A DNA stretch of 64,000 bases from positions 123,938,001 to 124,002,000 of the forward strand of contig JBNRSN020000005.1 of assembly GCA_051313645.2 (NCBI GenBank), written 5' to 3'. The notes under the pieces were generated by a model. The model did not search any database and was not told the origin of the DNA. It saw nothing but the letters and a program-made list of their open reading frames with translations. The position numbers and the translations under genes are program-made. The DNA is from Centroscyllium fabricii. Lineage: Eukaryota. Every line of letters begins with the position of its first letter. Positions within the stretch are counted from its first letter, which is position 1. Positions 47,855 to 59,142 of the stretch are shown here, piece by piece.

Positions 47855-48010
47855 GCAGTGTCTTTTCACCTCTGGGATCTAGGTTCAATTCCCGTGCAAA
47901 CTGAAGGAATGAAAGTCTCCTCACTCTGCTGGCTACAAGGATCTGTCTAAGCAGAGTTCCTTAATGGCATGGGTCCACAATACAACAATGCTTAATTCAG
48001 CACAAAATGA
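47855..48010 (+). mobile_element. Possible LF-SINE-like ancient SINE fragment (similar one at ~23990-24160)
   Basis: ctttcacctctgggatctaggttcaattccc..gaaagtc..ctgctggct..gttcct..gtccaca resembles the recalled LF-SINE 5' half. Confidence 0.4.
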
Positions 48011-49316
48011 TCAATAATCTGGCTGCACCCAGAGCGCTTGATGCGGATATCGCACATTTGATGAACAGGCAAAACGCAGTGCGTATATAAAAAATGGTGG
48101 ACTTAAAGGCTCCCAAACAAAGAGCCCATTAACTTCTAGGGAGTCAAGAGATACAATTCTAGATCACTCAGATCCTGTTGCCCCATTTTAAGAAATCAAG
48201 CATTATGGTTTATTTGGGATTGTGTTTTCTTAAGCTCTCTTCTGTGTGCATGATGAAAAACAGAAAGTAGCAGGTTATCAAAGTGACAGGAGCAAATGCA
48301 TGAAGCCAAAGCTGCCCCTCTTCCCAGATTTGTTTTGCATTGATAAAGCATCTCATTCACCAGATTTTGTGAAAAAGTATAACATTTTATTTAAAGTGGT
48401 AGTGAGCGTCACAATCAGAGTCTCTAGCCTAGATTTTAGGATCTGCATTATTTGAATGTTGGTGGTAATCCATTTATTTTGAATGGGATACCACCAGCAT
48501 TAAAATAATGCCAATCAGAAACCTCAGCTTCAGGGTCTTGCAACCTACACTAAAAATACTGCTGGGCTGCAGAAGGCACCGCCGGTTGGGATAATTGCAA
48601 GTGTTCGCTGTAACAAGTTTCAGTTCACAAATTAACATCAATTATCTAGGGTTAGATTTCCAATTAAAGGGAATGTTGTAGTTAAGTCCCTACATCTACT
48701 TTTATTTTCATATTTTAAATAGCTTTAACTCTAAATTATTTTTGGCTTGCAAAGCGCAATTACTTTTAAGTCCAAGATACTGTAAAATGCACCTAATCAA
48801 ATGTCAAAAATGAACATTTTCTAGAGTGGGCAGTCGTCAAACTCCACTAGATATTAAATCTCAAGCCTTCAGCACTTACATCCTCCCTCAGTAATTTCTA
48901 AATTGATCGCTGTTGTAAACTGCGCTTTTTTTCCCCTGCAATAAAAGTGATCGAATGTTGGGTCCATTTGCAGGTTAAGTAATGACAAGCCTATGTCACA
49001 ATGCACTTTTAGTCTAACTCCTTGCCTTCACAGATCATAAAGTCTATATCCAGGGCAGTTGTAAGCTTTTTGGGGGCCCTAGTCAATCATTTTGAAACCG
49101 TTAGTGAGCTTTTATTAGTTTCCTACATGGTGTGTATCTCTCATTTATTTCAACACGACGGAAGGTTTGGTAAACTACAAGAAAGTTTCTTACACAACCT
49201 ATACTCATATTCAAAACAGATAGCATGGGAAAGACACTTGCCAAAAGCACACAAATCTGAAACATAAAAATCGGAATTTACAATGTCTCATTTCTTTGCC
49301 AACCATTTTAGACTAC

Positions 49317-49570
49317 TTCTGTCTTCAATGTGATAGCAAAATACTGCGGATGCTGGAAATCCAAAATAACAACAGAAAACGCTGGAGAAACTCAGCAGGC
49401 CAGGCAGCATCGGTGGAGAGAGACACAGAGTTGACGTTTCAAGTCGATGAACTGGAGTTCTGAAGAAAGGTCATAGTTAACATTTCAGGTCAATGTTTCT
49501 CTCTCCACCGATGCTGCCTGGCCTGCTGAGTTTCTCCAGTGTTTTCTGTTATTATTTCTGTCTTCAATGT
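49317..49570. mobile_element. Penelope-like inverted terminal repeat with 15-bp flanking duplication
   Basis: Arms aacagaaaacgctggagaaactcagcaggccaggcagcatcggtggagagaga and inverse; ttctgtcttcaatgt at 49317-31 and 49556-70. Confidence 0.8.
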
Positions 49571-49595
49571 AGTTGACTAAAGACTTTAATTGCTA

Positions 49596-49708
49596 GCATT
49601 CCTACATTACAACAGTGACTACACTTCAAAAGTACTTCATTGGACGTCCCAAAGCGCTTTACAGCCAGAGGGTGTGAAAGGCGCTATATAAATGCAAGTC
49701 TTTCTTTC
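49596..49708 (+). mobile_element. DeuSINE 3' tail
   Basis: ttcctacattacaacagtgactacacttcaaaagtacttcattgg..aaaggcgctatataaatgcaagtctttcttt. Confidence 0.75.
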
Positions 49709-50101
49709 AGTGACATAGCAATTTAACAGTACTGGCTACTTGTCGTGTCCCAGAGTTTTTAGGAGTTTCATTGACTCTTGGCTGAGCCACTGGAGAAAGT
49801 ATAAACAGACAGGGGCAGTGCGGAGCAGAGCGGACCTAAGGGTGAGATACCCCGAGGACGAGCCCTTCATTCGAGAGCGGAGCAGAGACTGAGAAACACA
49901 GAGCGGGGCAGAACAGTAAAAGAGCCGAGGTCAGGAGCGAGCAGTTTCGCGGGCTTTTTTCAAAGCCAGGGGGCGGGGCCAATCCATTGGTACCCGTATA
50001 TAGGTGGAGCAGTTGCTAAACCCGAGATACTACACTAGTAGTGTCTCCCACCTCCTCTAACCTTTTACGGGTAGGGTAAAATAAAAGGTAGGTGATTTAT
50101 T

Positions 50102-51000
50102 GGGCCATGTTTTCCTGTGGCCCGTTTGCCGCTGGTGCGCGCTCCCGAGCACCTGCGGCGCACGCGCACGTAATTTTTTTTTTTTTCTGACGGCAATTTC
50201 CTGTGGGAAATGCCTTTTTTTTCCAGCGGAGGGGTCGTGTTTTTTTTGGTGCGTGGTGCAAGCCACGCCCACTGAGGTCGGCTTTCCCCCCGCACAAAGC
50301 ACAGAATCGGCCTGAGGATGAAGAAGATCGGGTAGGGAAGCACCTTTTTTTTCTTTTTTTTAAGTTTCTAGGAAGCTGGATTTTTTAAGTTTCTGCCTTT
50401 TCTGCTGTTAGGGTTTTTTTTTGCTCCAGTGAAAAAAACACGTTTAAAGTTAAGTTTTTTTTGATTCCTTTGGAGATATTTGTCTGTGGTCTTTCAGCTT
50501 GTAAATGGGTAGGGTTTTTTATTTTTTGGTGAAAGTGAAAAAAAAACGGGTTTCGAACGCGATGTCAGCAGTTGTGATGGCCATCAGAGCTGCTGACATC
50601 GCGTTCAAATTCCGTTTTTTTTTCCACTTTCACCAAAAAATAAAAAACCCTACCCATTTACAAGCTGAAAGACCACAGACAAATATCTCCAAAGGAATCA
50701 AAAAAAAACTTAACTTTAAATGTGTTTTTTTCACTTCTCAAAGCTGCCTGCAGCCCTCTAAGACTGCTTTTTAAATGTGCAGCAAAAGAGAGACTTGCCC
50801 ACGTGATACACCCGCATTTTGAGCAGCTGCCACAGGAAATCTGCAGCTCAAAGTCTTCTTGGGTAGGAAGCTGAAGCCCCTTGCCCATCAGCACAGGAAA
50901 TTCACGTTTCTGGTAATCACCCGAGCTGCACCCCCACGAGGCATTTCTGACCCCCCTTCGTGGGGGTGCAGCTCTTCTGGAGCACAGGAAAACAGGGCCC
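50102..51000. mobile_element. PIF/Harbinger-like MITE in CR1 5'UTR, with a large internal palindrome
   Basis: TIRs gggccatgttttcctgtg / cacaggaaaacagggccc, TSD ATT (50099-101, 51001-03). Confidence 0.85.
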
Positions 51001-51322
51001 ATTGTTTGTTTTCAGGGACTGAACTTAAGTGGAAGGGGCTCCTGGATAGAGGTAGCAGTCGGCGGCGGCAGCAGGACCAGGACAGGAGTTTTTCGCGGGT
51101 CTTTTTTTTTTTCAGGAGCAGGCAGCAGGGTGGTATTAGGAGGAGGCAACAGGAGGCGGCGGCTATAAAGGCAAGGGGGTAAGGGATTTATTTATTTTTA
51201 TTTTATTTATTTTTCTGAGGTGTCTCTGGTGTAACGGGGACTTCTGATTGACTAGCGCCCTAGTATATATATTGTTTTTTGGTGGTGTTAAACTTTTGTA
51301 AAAGTAATTAGAGGGTTACATC

Positions 51323-52282
51323 ATGTTAGTTGAGCTCGGTGCCGTGTTTTGCTCCTCCTGCCACATGTGGGAAATCAGGGACACTACTGAAGTCCCTGAC
51401 AACCATGTGTGCGGGAAATGCGTCCACCTTCAGTTACTGACTGACCGCATTGCGGCACTGGAGCGGAGGGTGGATGGGTTATGGAGCATTCGCAATGCTG
51501 AGAGGTGCGTGGATTACTCATTTAGTGAGCTGGTCACACCGCAGGCTAAGGGTGTACAGGCAGAAGGGAAATGGGTGACCATCAGAAAGAGCAGTAAGGT
51601 CAGGCAGGTAGAGCAGGAAACCCCTGTGGCCATCCCCCTCACGAACAAGTATACCGTTTTGGATACTGTTGGGGGGAACGACCTACCAGGGGAATGCAGC
51701 AGTAGCCAACCTCCGGGCACTGGGGGTGTTTCTGCTGTTCAGCATGGGAGGAAAAGAGGTGAGAGAGCAATAGTGGTAGGGGACTCTATTGTAAGGGGAG
51801 CAGATAGGCGTTTCTGTGGCCGTAGACGTGACTCCAGAATGGTCTGTTGCCTCCCTAGTGCCAGGGTCAAGGATGTCACTGAACGGCTGCAGGGCATCCT
51901 GAAGGGGGGGGGGGGGGGGGGAAACCAGTCAGAGGTCGTTGTACACATAGGAACCAACGACATAGGTAAAAAGAGGGATGAGGTCCTGCAACAAGAATTC
52001 AGGGAGCTAGGCAGAAAATTAAAGTGCAGGACCTCAAAGGTTGTAATCTCTGGATTACTCCCTGTGCCACGAGTTAGTGAGTATAGGAATAGGAGGATAG
52101 AGCAGCTTAATACGTGGCTCAAGAGTTGGTGCAAGAGGGAGGGCTTTAGTTTCCTGGATAACTGGCCCTGTTTCTGGGAAAGGTGGGACTTGTATAAGCC
52201 AGACGGTCTCCACCTTAACCAGAGGGGAACCAATATCCCGGTGGGGAGGTTTGCTAGCACTGTTGGGGAGGGTTTAAACTAA
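51323..52282 (+). CDS. CR1 ORF1 protein (Cys-rich zinc finger/leucine zipper + SGNH esterase), open reading frame
   Basis: CSSC..CGKC, VVGDSIVR, VHIGTND, DGLHLN: the GDSL/SGNH blocks typical of vertebrate CR1 ORF1; expression unknown. Confidence 0.85.
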   Translation: MLVELGAVFCSSCHMWEIRDTTEVPDNHVCGKCVHLQLLTDRIAALERRVDGLWSIRNAERCVDYSFSELVTPQAKGVQAEGKWVTIRKSSKVRQVEQETPVAIPLTNKYTVLDTVGGNDLPGECSSSQPPGTGGVSAVQHGRKRGERAIVVGDSIVRGADRRFCGRRRDSRMVCCLPSARVKDVTERLQGILKGGGGGGNQSEVVVHIGTNDIGKKRDEVLQQEFRELGRKLKCRTSKVVISGLLPVPRVSEYRNRRIEQLNTWLKSWCKREGFSFLDNWPCFWERWDLYKPDGLHLNQRGTNIPVGRFASTVGEGLN

Positions 52283-52642
52283 CTTGGCAGGGGGCTGGGA
52301 TACAGAGTGGAGCAAAAATAGGGGGTGACAAAAAGGTAAATATAGAGGAAAAAACAAGTCAGATTGGAAGGCAGAACAAAAATGGCTTGACACAAGGGAG
52401 CAGGGCAAGGTTAAATGGCATTTATTTTAATGCAAGGAGCCTTGCAAACAAGGGGGATGAATTGAAGCAGTTAAACACATGGGAGTATGACATTGTTGCC
52501 ATTACAGAAACATGGTTGAGAGAGGGGCAGGACTGGCAGCTCAATATTCCGGGGTATAGAATCTTCAGGAGAGACAGAGTGGAGGGAAAAAGAGGAGGGG
52601 GTGTTGCAGTATTAATCAAAGAATCAATTACTGCTGTAAGAA

Positions 52643-53055
52643 ACATAGAAACATAGAAACATAGAAACTAGGAGCAGGAGTAGGCCATTCGGCCCTTCGA
52701 GCCTGCTCCGCCATTCAACGAGATCATGGCTGATCATCCAAACCCAGCACCCTGTCCCTGCCTTGTCCCCATATCCCTCGATCCCTATCGAACCCGCACC
52801 GACACATATCCCACCCTATCCCCGTAACTCCACATATTCAATCCCCCTAACACTAAGGGTCAATTTATCCTGGCCAATCAACCTAACCCGCACATCTTTG
52901 GACTGTGGGAGGAAACCGGAGCACCCGGAGGAAACCCACGCAGACACGGGGAGAATGTGCAAACTCCACACAGATAGTCACCCGAGGCTGGATTTGAACC
53001 CGGGTCTCCAGTGCTGTGAGACAACAGTGCTAACCACTATGCCACCGTGCCGCCC
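52643..53055 (-). mobile_element. Full-length V-SINE inserted in CR1 ORF2
   Basis: 6-bp TSD TAAGAA (52637-42, 53056-61); removing it restores AVRRDD. Confidence 0.92.
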
Positions 53056-54029
53056 TAAGAAGGGATGACATATTGACTGGGTCCTCTAACAAGGCCATTT
53101 GGGTGGAACTTAGAAATAAAAAGGGGGCATGCACCTTACTGGGAGTATACTACAGACCCCCAAACAGTCAGAGGGAAATAGAGGAATAGATTTGCAGGCA
53201 AATCTCGGAGGTGTGTGGAAACAATAGGGTAGTCATAGTAGGGGATTTCAACCTCCCCAATATTGATTGGGATAGCCAAAGTGGGAAGGACTTAGAGGGT
53301 GCAGAATTCCTAAAGGTCGTTCAGGAGGGCTTTTTGAGCCAATATGTTGAAAGTCCAACAAGGGAGGGGGCGGTATTGGACTTAATCCTGGGGAACGAGG
53401 ACGGGCAGGTGGTTGAAGTGTCAGTAGTAGAGCACTTTGGTGAGAGTGATCACAATTCAGTGATATTTAAGGTGGTAATGAAAAAGGACAAAGATGGACC
53501 AAAAGTAAAAGCTCTAAATTGGGGCAAGGCCAATTTTAATTTGATAAGGGAGAAATTGGCCAAAGTGGACTGGGATCAGCTACTCGTAGGAAAGACCGCA
53601 TCAGAACAGTGGGGGGCGTTCAAAGAAGAAATTGAGAAAGTACAAAGGAAACATGTTTCCCAAAAAGTTCAAGGGTGGGACAAATGAGCCCAGGGAGTCT
53701 TGGATGTCGAGCGATATACTAAAATTGATTCGGAAAAAAAGGGGGGCTTTTGGAAGGCATAAAGAACTGGGTCCCTTGCTGTTTGTAATCTATATTAATG
53801 ATTTGGATATCAACGTAAAAGGCATGATCAGCAAGTTTGGTAGAGTCGGGAACAGTCACAACGTTCAAGAAGCATTTGGATGTACACTTGAAAGGTTACC
53901 ACATACAAGGCTACGGTCCAAATGCAGGAAAGTGGGATTAGAATAGACTAGGTTTGGATGGGCGGCACGGACGTGATGGGCCGAAGTGCCTCTTTCTGTG
54001 CTGTATGACTATGACTCTATGACAAAGTA

Positions 54030-54346
54030 GAGGTAGAACGGCCCGAATCCGGCAAACTCGGAACTGAGGCCGGGCCGGTTTTCGGGTTTTTCCGGACTTC
54101 CAAATGTGTTTCTGATGTCCGAAGTCCAGAAACACCCGAGCCCAGGTTGCACTATTTTCGGATTTCGGACATCAGAAACACGTGCCGAGTCCGGAAATGC
54201 CTGGGCCCAGGTTGCACTTTTGGCGTGCCTCCCTCAGGGTGTCCGGATTCTGGAACATTTTATGGATTTCGGACCCCTGCCACCAATCGTTCCGGAGTCC
54301 AGATTCTGGAACATTTCGGATCTCTGGATTTGGGACGCTCAACCTG
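54030..54346. mobile_element. Tigger-like MITE
   Basis: TA flanks; right TIR ggatttgggacgctcaacctg, left imperfect gaggtagaacggcccgaatcc; tccgga/ttcgga-rich with internal palindrome. Confidence 0.7.
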
Positions 54347-55549
54347 TAAATACTAATGTGGGGCCTACTGCCTGTTTTAGGACTCCTTGGAGAAACATAG
54401 CAGCGGCCTGCTCAGGTTTTCCCAACGTGGGTGAAGCCTAGAAACCAGCCAACATCAGGACAATCACATTTTAATTTTTTTTCCTAAATTCACGTGGAGT
54501 GCGAAGAAGCAGGTTGCTCCTCCCAGCTTCACAGCAATGGCGGGAGCGATCAGACGCCCTTCTGCTGTGCTGCCCCCAGTATTTACCCAAAACTGGAAAG
54601 CTGCCTTGAAAGATGTAATGATATCTGCAAACAGTGATCATGTTTGCTTGTTTGACTATCTATGCCTTACTCGCAAAGGGATCATAGTTGCCTGTTTGAT
54701 TATCCATGCCTGACCAGCAGAGGGCATGTGACAAGAAGCAAGTTAGTTTTGGTTTCAGTTTAAGATGGATCTCGAAGATAGAAACTCTGTAAAGCCTGCG
54801 TAAGCCTCATGTGAAAGCTGAAAGTTACTTTAACATACTTTAGAGTAAACAACATTCTCCTTCATAAATATGCTGTCTTGGAACCCAAATAGAAAACAAA
54901 AGACAGTGCCTCTCCCTCAGTACTGCACTGAAGGCTCAGCCTGGATTATGTATACAGACGGGGCACAATGGTCGGACTCATGGCGGCTCACCTCAATTAC
55001 TGAAATGAGGTCAGAAGCCAATTTTGGGCTGTCCTCGGGCCTCCCGGTTGGGGCGCGCGCTGTGTTGCGCCAATTTTGGACCCGAAATCGAGCCTGGACA
55101 AATTTCTACCCGTCAGTGTTAAGATAAACTCAATGTAGTGAGTCTTTGAATACACAGGTGGACACATTTCATAGGCCAGTGAAACAGATTCCTTTATTGG
55201 TTTTTCTGCAGCTCTAGTTTATACTTGCTGGTATTAATGGAGATTGTGTTGAAGTACTTCAAAGATCTGAATGGATGCACCAGGGCTCTCTGTGAAGAAT
55301 CCATTTCTCTCAATATATTGGCCATGACTTCCTAGTAGAAGAGATTTTTGTTTGAGATCTATCATGTCGCTGCCCATTTGGGTTACTAGCTGTACTCTTT
55401 TTGGGCAAGGTTTTCAAACGATGTTTACACTTGTTGTAAATGAGAAGGTGATGTCTCTTCTCCAGTCCATACTGAAATTAATGTTGTTGTTTGGTAACTT
55501 AGTGAATATGCAAAGTACCTCACAGCAATCCAAGTGTTAAAATCAGTAA

Positions 55550-55804
55550 CTACTGTACTTTGTAAGAAGTCATACAACACTAGGTTATAGTCCAATAGTT
55601 TTATTTGAAATCACAAGCTTTCGGAGCGCGGCTCCTTCCTCAAGTGAAAGAGAACTTCTCTTTCACCTGAGGAAGGAGCCGCGCTCCAAAAGCTTGTGAT
55701 TTCAAATAAAATTGTTGGACTATAACCTGGTGTTGTATGACTTCTTGCATTTGTCCACCCCAGTCCAACACCGGCACCTCCACATCATGGCTACTGTACT
55801 TTGT
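55550..55804. mobile_element. Penelope-like (second family) inverted repeat with 14-bp flanking duplication
   Basis: ~94 bp arms centred at 55655; ctactgtactttgt at 55550-63 and 55791-804; hammerhead-like core in each arm. Confidence 0.85.
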
Positions 55805-55805
55805 G

Positions 55806-56800
55806 ACAGTTTGGCTCAATTAATGCACTCTCACCGCTGAGTCAGAACATTGTGCCCCACTCCAGAATCTGCACACATAATCCAGGCTGACCCTTCAGTG
55901 CAAGACTGAAGGGGAAGCTCTGTCTTTCAAATGACACATTAAGGCCCCACCTGCTTATTCAGGTAGACATAGCGGCCCTGATATTTACGGGGAGTTGGGG
56001 AGGGAGTGGTGACGCATGTTTGCGGAAGGGGAACTCGGAAATGCCGGGTACACGGAGGTCCTAATGAATTTAATGGCAGGACCACATCATCATATTCCCG
56101 CCCAGCAGCTGGACAGATCGAGAGGCTGATCGGCTGCCGGGCGGAAAGCCAGCAGTAGAAGGCCGCAACTGGGGACCGCTAGGGTCAGTCCCCGGCAATC
56201 AGTAAAGATGGGGGGGAAGCACAGAGCGCGGGAAAGATCGGCGGCGGATTGGGGGGGGGGGGCGGCAGTTCGGAACAAAACGCAGCAAAAAGATTTGTTG
56301 CGATGCCAGGGGAAACACTCCTGCTCCTCCTGGCCCACAAGCAGTGCTGGAAAAGCACTTACCTGTCTGGATCTGGTTCCCGCCTCTCTGTAGCTGCCGG
56401 GTTTCCAGAGCCCTGCATTAAATTCAAATGGCTGCCAAAATCGGAGGAAATGACCCTCATTCATTCACTCGGGCACCCCAAACTCGCCACGGCTAAACCA
56501 GAAGCAGGCGTGTTAGCAGCAGATTGAGGTTGGGTTTTAAATATCTGCTGATTTAACCCCTCCCCCGCCCATCATGGGGGATTAAAATTGCTTCCAAAAG
56601 ATCCCAAGACACTATTGAAGAGCAGATAGGTCTGTCAGTGCCCTGAGCAGATTTGTCCCTCAACCAACACCAAAGGCAGAGTAGCTGGTCATTCTGTTAA
56701 TTTGCTGTGGAATCCTGCTGTTTGCAGGTTGGCTGCTGTGGTGGCCTTTATAATCGTGACCCTCACATTTCAAAATGTAATTTACTTGTGAAATCAAGGC
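55806..56800 (+). mobile_element. DeuSINE split by a MITE at ~55974-56595
   Basis: ccccactccaga..cacataatccaggctgac..aggccccacctgc..caggtagacat | aaaagatccc..ccctcaaccaacacc. Confidence 0.7.
55974..56595. mobile_element. Harbinger-like MITE inside DeuSINE
   Basis: GC-rich insert with ends ggccctgatattta / taaaattgcttcc interrupting otherwise contiguous SINE sequence. Confidence 0.6.
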
Positions 56801-57325
56801 ATTGTGCCAAGAGTCTCTTGCAGGCCAATTGGATCCACAAAGGAGGTAGTAGTTTCAACGGGACAGCTACAGACCTAACAAAACATGGACGTTTCCAGTC
56901 ACTGAAGCATGATTGGTTGGTTGGTTGATTTACACTGGGAGAGCCTCGTCAATTGTGCGAGACCCAGTCATTGAAAGTCACAACACCACAGTAACAGAAA
57001 AGCATGTAAAGTGCACTCTACTCAGGAAGCAATGCAATACAAATGAGATGACAAACAAACTGGATCATGAGGAACCAGAACAGGCAAAATATGTGGGTAG
57101 TTAAAAAGAGCTTTGGGGCAGTGAGAACTCGGGATATTACAATTCATCACACACTCTATGGCTTTCATTTACAGTCTAAATTATGGTGGCAACAGTTATC
57201 CCTGGCATCTCATGAAGGGAAGGAAGCAGTGTTGTATTTAACACGATTACAAGGAGTGGGGTATAGAAAAAGTGATATCAGATGAAATTTGAAGTTATTT
57301 GGAGTAAAACTCCAAAATTAAGAGA

Positions 57326-57603
57326 TAGAAACATAGAAGATAGGAGCAGGAGTAGGCCATTCGGCCCTTCGAGCCGGCTCCGCCATTCAATGAGATCATG
57401 GCTGATCATCCAAACCCAGTACCCCGCCCCTGCCTTCCCCCCATATCCCTCGATCCCCATCAAGCCTGCACCGACACATATCCCACCCTATCCCCGTAAC
57501 CCCACATATTCAATCCCCCTAACACGAAGGGTCAATTTATCATGGCCAATCAACCTAACCCGCACATCTTTGGACTGTGGGAGGAAACCGGAGCACCCGG
57601 AGG
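57326..57603 (-). mobile_element. 5'-truncated V-SINE
   Basis: Near-identical to 52660-52935; truncated within the V-domain. Confidence 0.9.
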
Positions 57604-57858
57604 ATGCTATATAACAAATAACAAACCTTTTTTTAAAAATGTTGCTTTAAATCATAATTTCTCAAAATAACCTTAACATCACCTTTTGTTGATGAAAAAA
57701 CACCAATTATACAGCAGCCCTCAGCTTAACATCCCTCACCGCCTGGCATAACACTGTCCACCAACACCTCCTGTTGATTCACACACCCACTCCTCAATGT
57801 AGTCACCCATCCTGACGAGCTTTCAATTCCTTGTTGACACATGACTTTGCAACTGAAG

Positions 57859-58190
57859 TCTTGAGCACAAAATCTATGCTATCAGTACTGAGGGAGTGCT
57901 TCAGAATGAGGGGGCGTCAAACTGAGGCCCCATCTGCCTGCTAGATGGAAGTAAAAGACCCCATGGTACTACAGGGTATTCGAAGGAGGGTGGGAGAACT
58001 GTCCCAATATCCTGGCCAACATTTGCCTTCAACCAACATCACTAAAACCAATTAAACATTGCTGTTTGCAAGACCGTGCTCTGTGCAAATTGTCTACACG
58101 ACAGTGACTACACTTTGAAAGTAAATCATTGGCTGGAAGCGCTTTGGGCAGAGGATGTGAAAGGCATTATATAAATGCAAGTTTCTTTTC
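57859..58190 (+). mobile_element. DeuSINE (SacSINE1-like)
   Basis: ttgagcacaaaatct..cagtactgagggagtgct..gaggccccatctgc..tcctggccaacattt..tatataaatgcaagtttctttt. Confidence 0.75.
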
Positions 58191-59142
58191 TCAGCCACTG
58201 TGTGGACCTACCTCTAAATTACAGGAAATCCTGAAAACTTTCTGCAAAGTAGTGCCTTACCCACCCTCAAATCGGACAGGCAACCATAAAAAGGAGGAAA
58301 GCATCAGGGCAATTCTCAGATCTGTGAGGGCTGCGAAACAGGAGCTCAGAACTGCAGACAGAAAATATTTAGGGCAGAGGCACAACTCCATTACCACCTT
58401 TACATTTCAAATAAAATGCTCACAGCACCCATAACTCACCCAGCGAAGCTCCTTTGGCATCAGAACGCTGCGATTTGGTTTAAAATCTGACAGGAATATT
58501 ATAAATAACACTAACGGGCTGGTTGGCATAATAGTAGCAAACGGAGGAGCTCAGACCGCAACAGAAAATGCAATGCTAGGGCTGGAATCTAAACATAGTG
58601 ATCCAGAACTAAAAATTACAATTGAGCTCGTGAGGAAACGGTTGTGACTCTTTTTCCTCTACGAAATACAGTATTTCGCCGAGATCTCTGAAGATTTAAA
58701 TGAACAGTGCAAGCTTTAACAGCCCTTTATCTGATGAGCCCACGTTTTCCTTCCATAAATTATAAACATTCCTTTGATCACAAAGAAAAGCAGAAAATGC
58801 TGGAAATTTATAACAGACCTTTCAGCAAATGTAAAGAAGATTTTTTTTTTTACATTTCAGGTGTTAACCCTGAACTTTCCTGGCAAGTGAAGGGCCTCTT
58901 TCTGAGCTGGTTAACTCTATGACTCTAAGTGGGTCACCACCCAAAACATCTGCAGTATTTGCAGTTTATTTGTATTGCTGATCACGATGAACATATACTG
59001 TTAAGCCAATATTTTGACTGGTTCCTCTCTACAGGGGAAGTTTTGCGAGACTTCACACCAAGACAAGAGTCTCACAAAATGTATCCTAATATTTAAAAGG
59101 GAGATGTTATCATCTTCACAGAAAGCTAGCAAATAGAAAATA

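Larger units (their letters stand above)
49790..54022 (+). mobile_element. CR1 LINE with 5'UTR, ORF1 and internally deleted ORF2
   Basis: GC-rich 5'UTR, ORF1 at 51323, EN (YFNARS, ITETWL, GGGVA, YRPP, GDFN, SDHN), 70 bp of RT (LGPLLFVIYINDL), then tail ctgtgctgtatgactatgactctatga. Confidence 0.9.
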
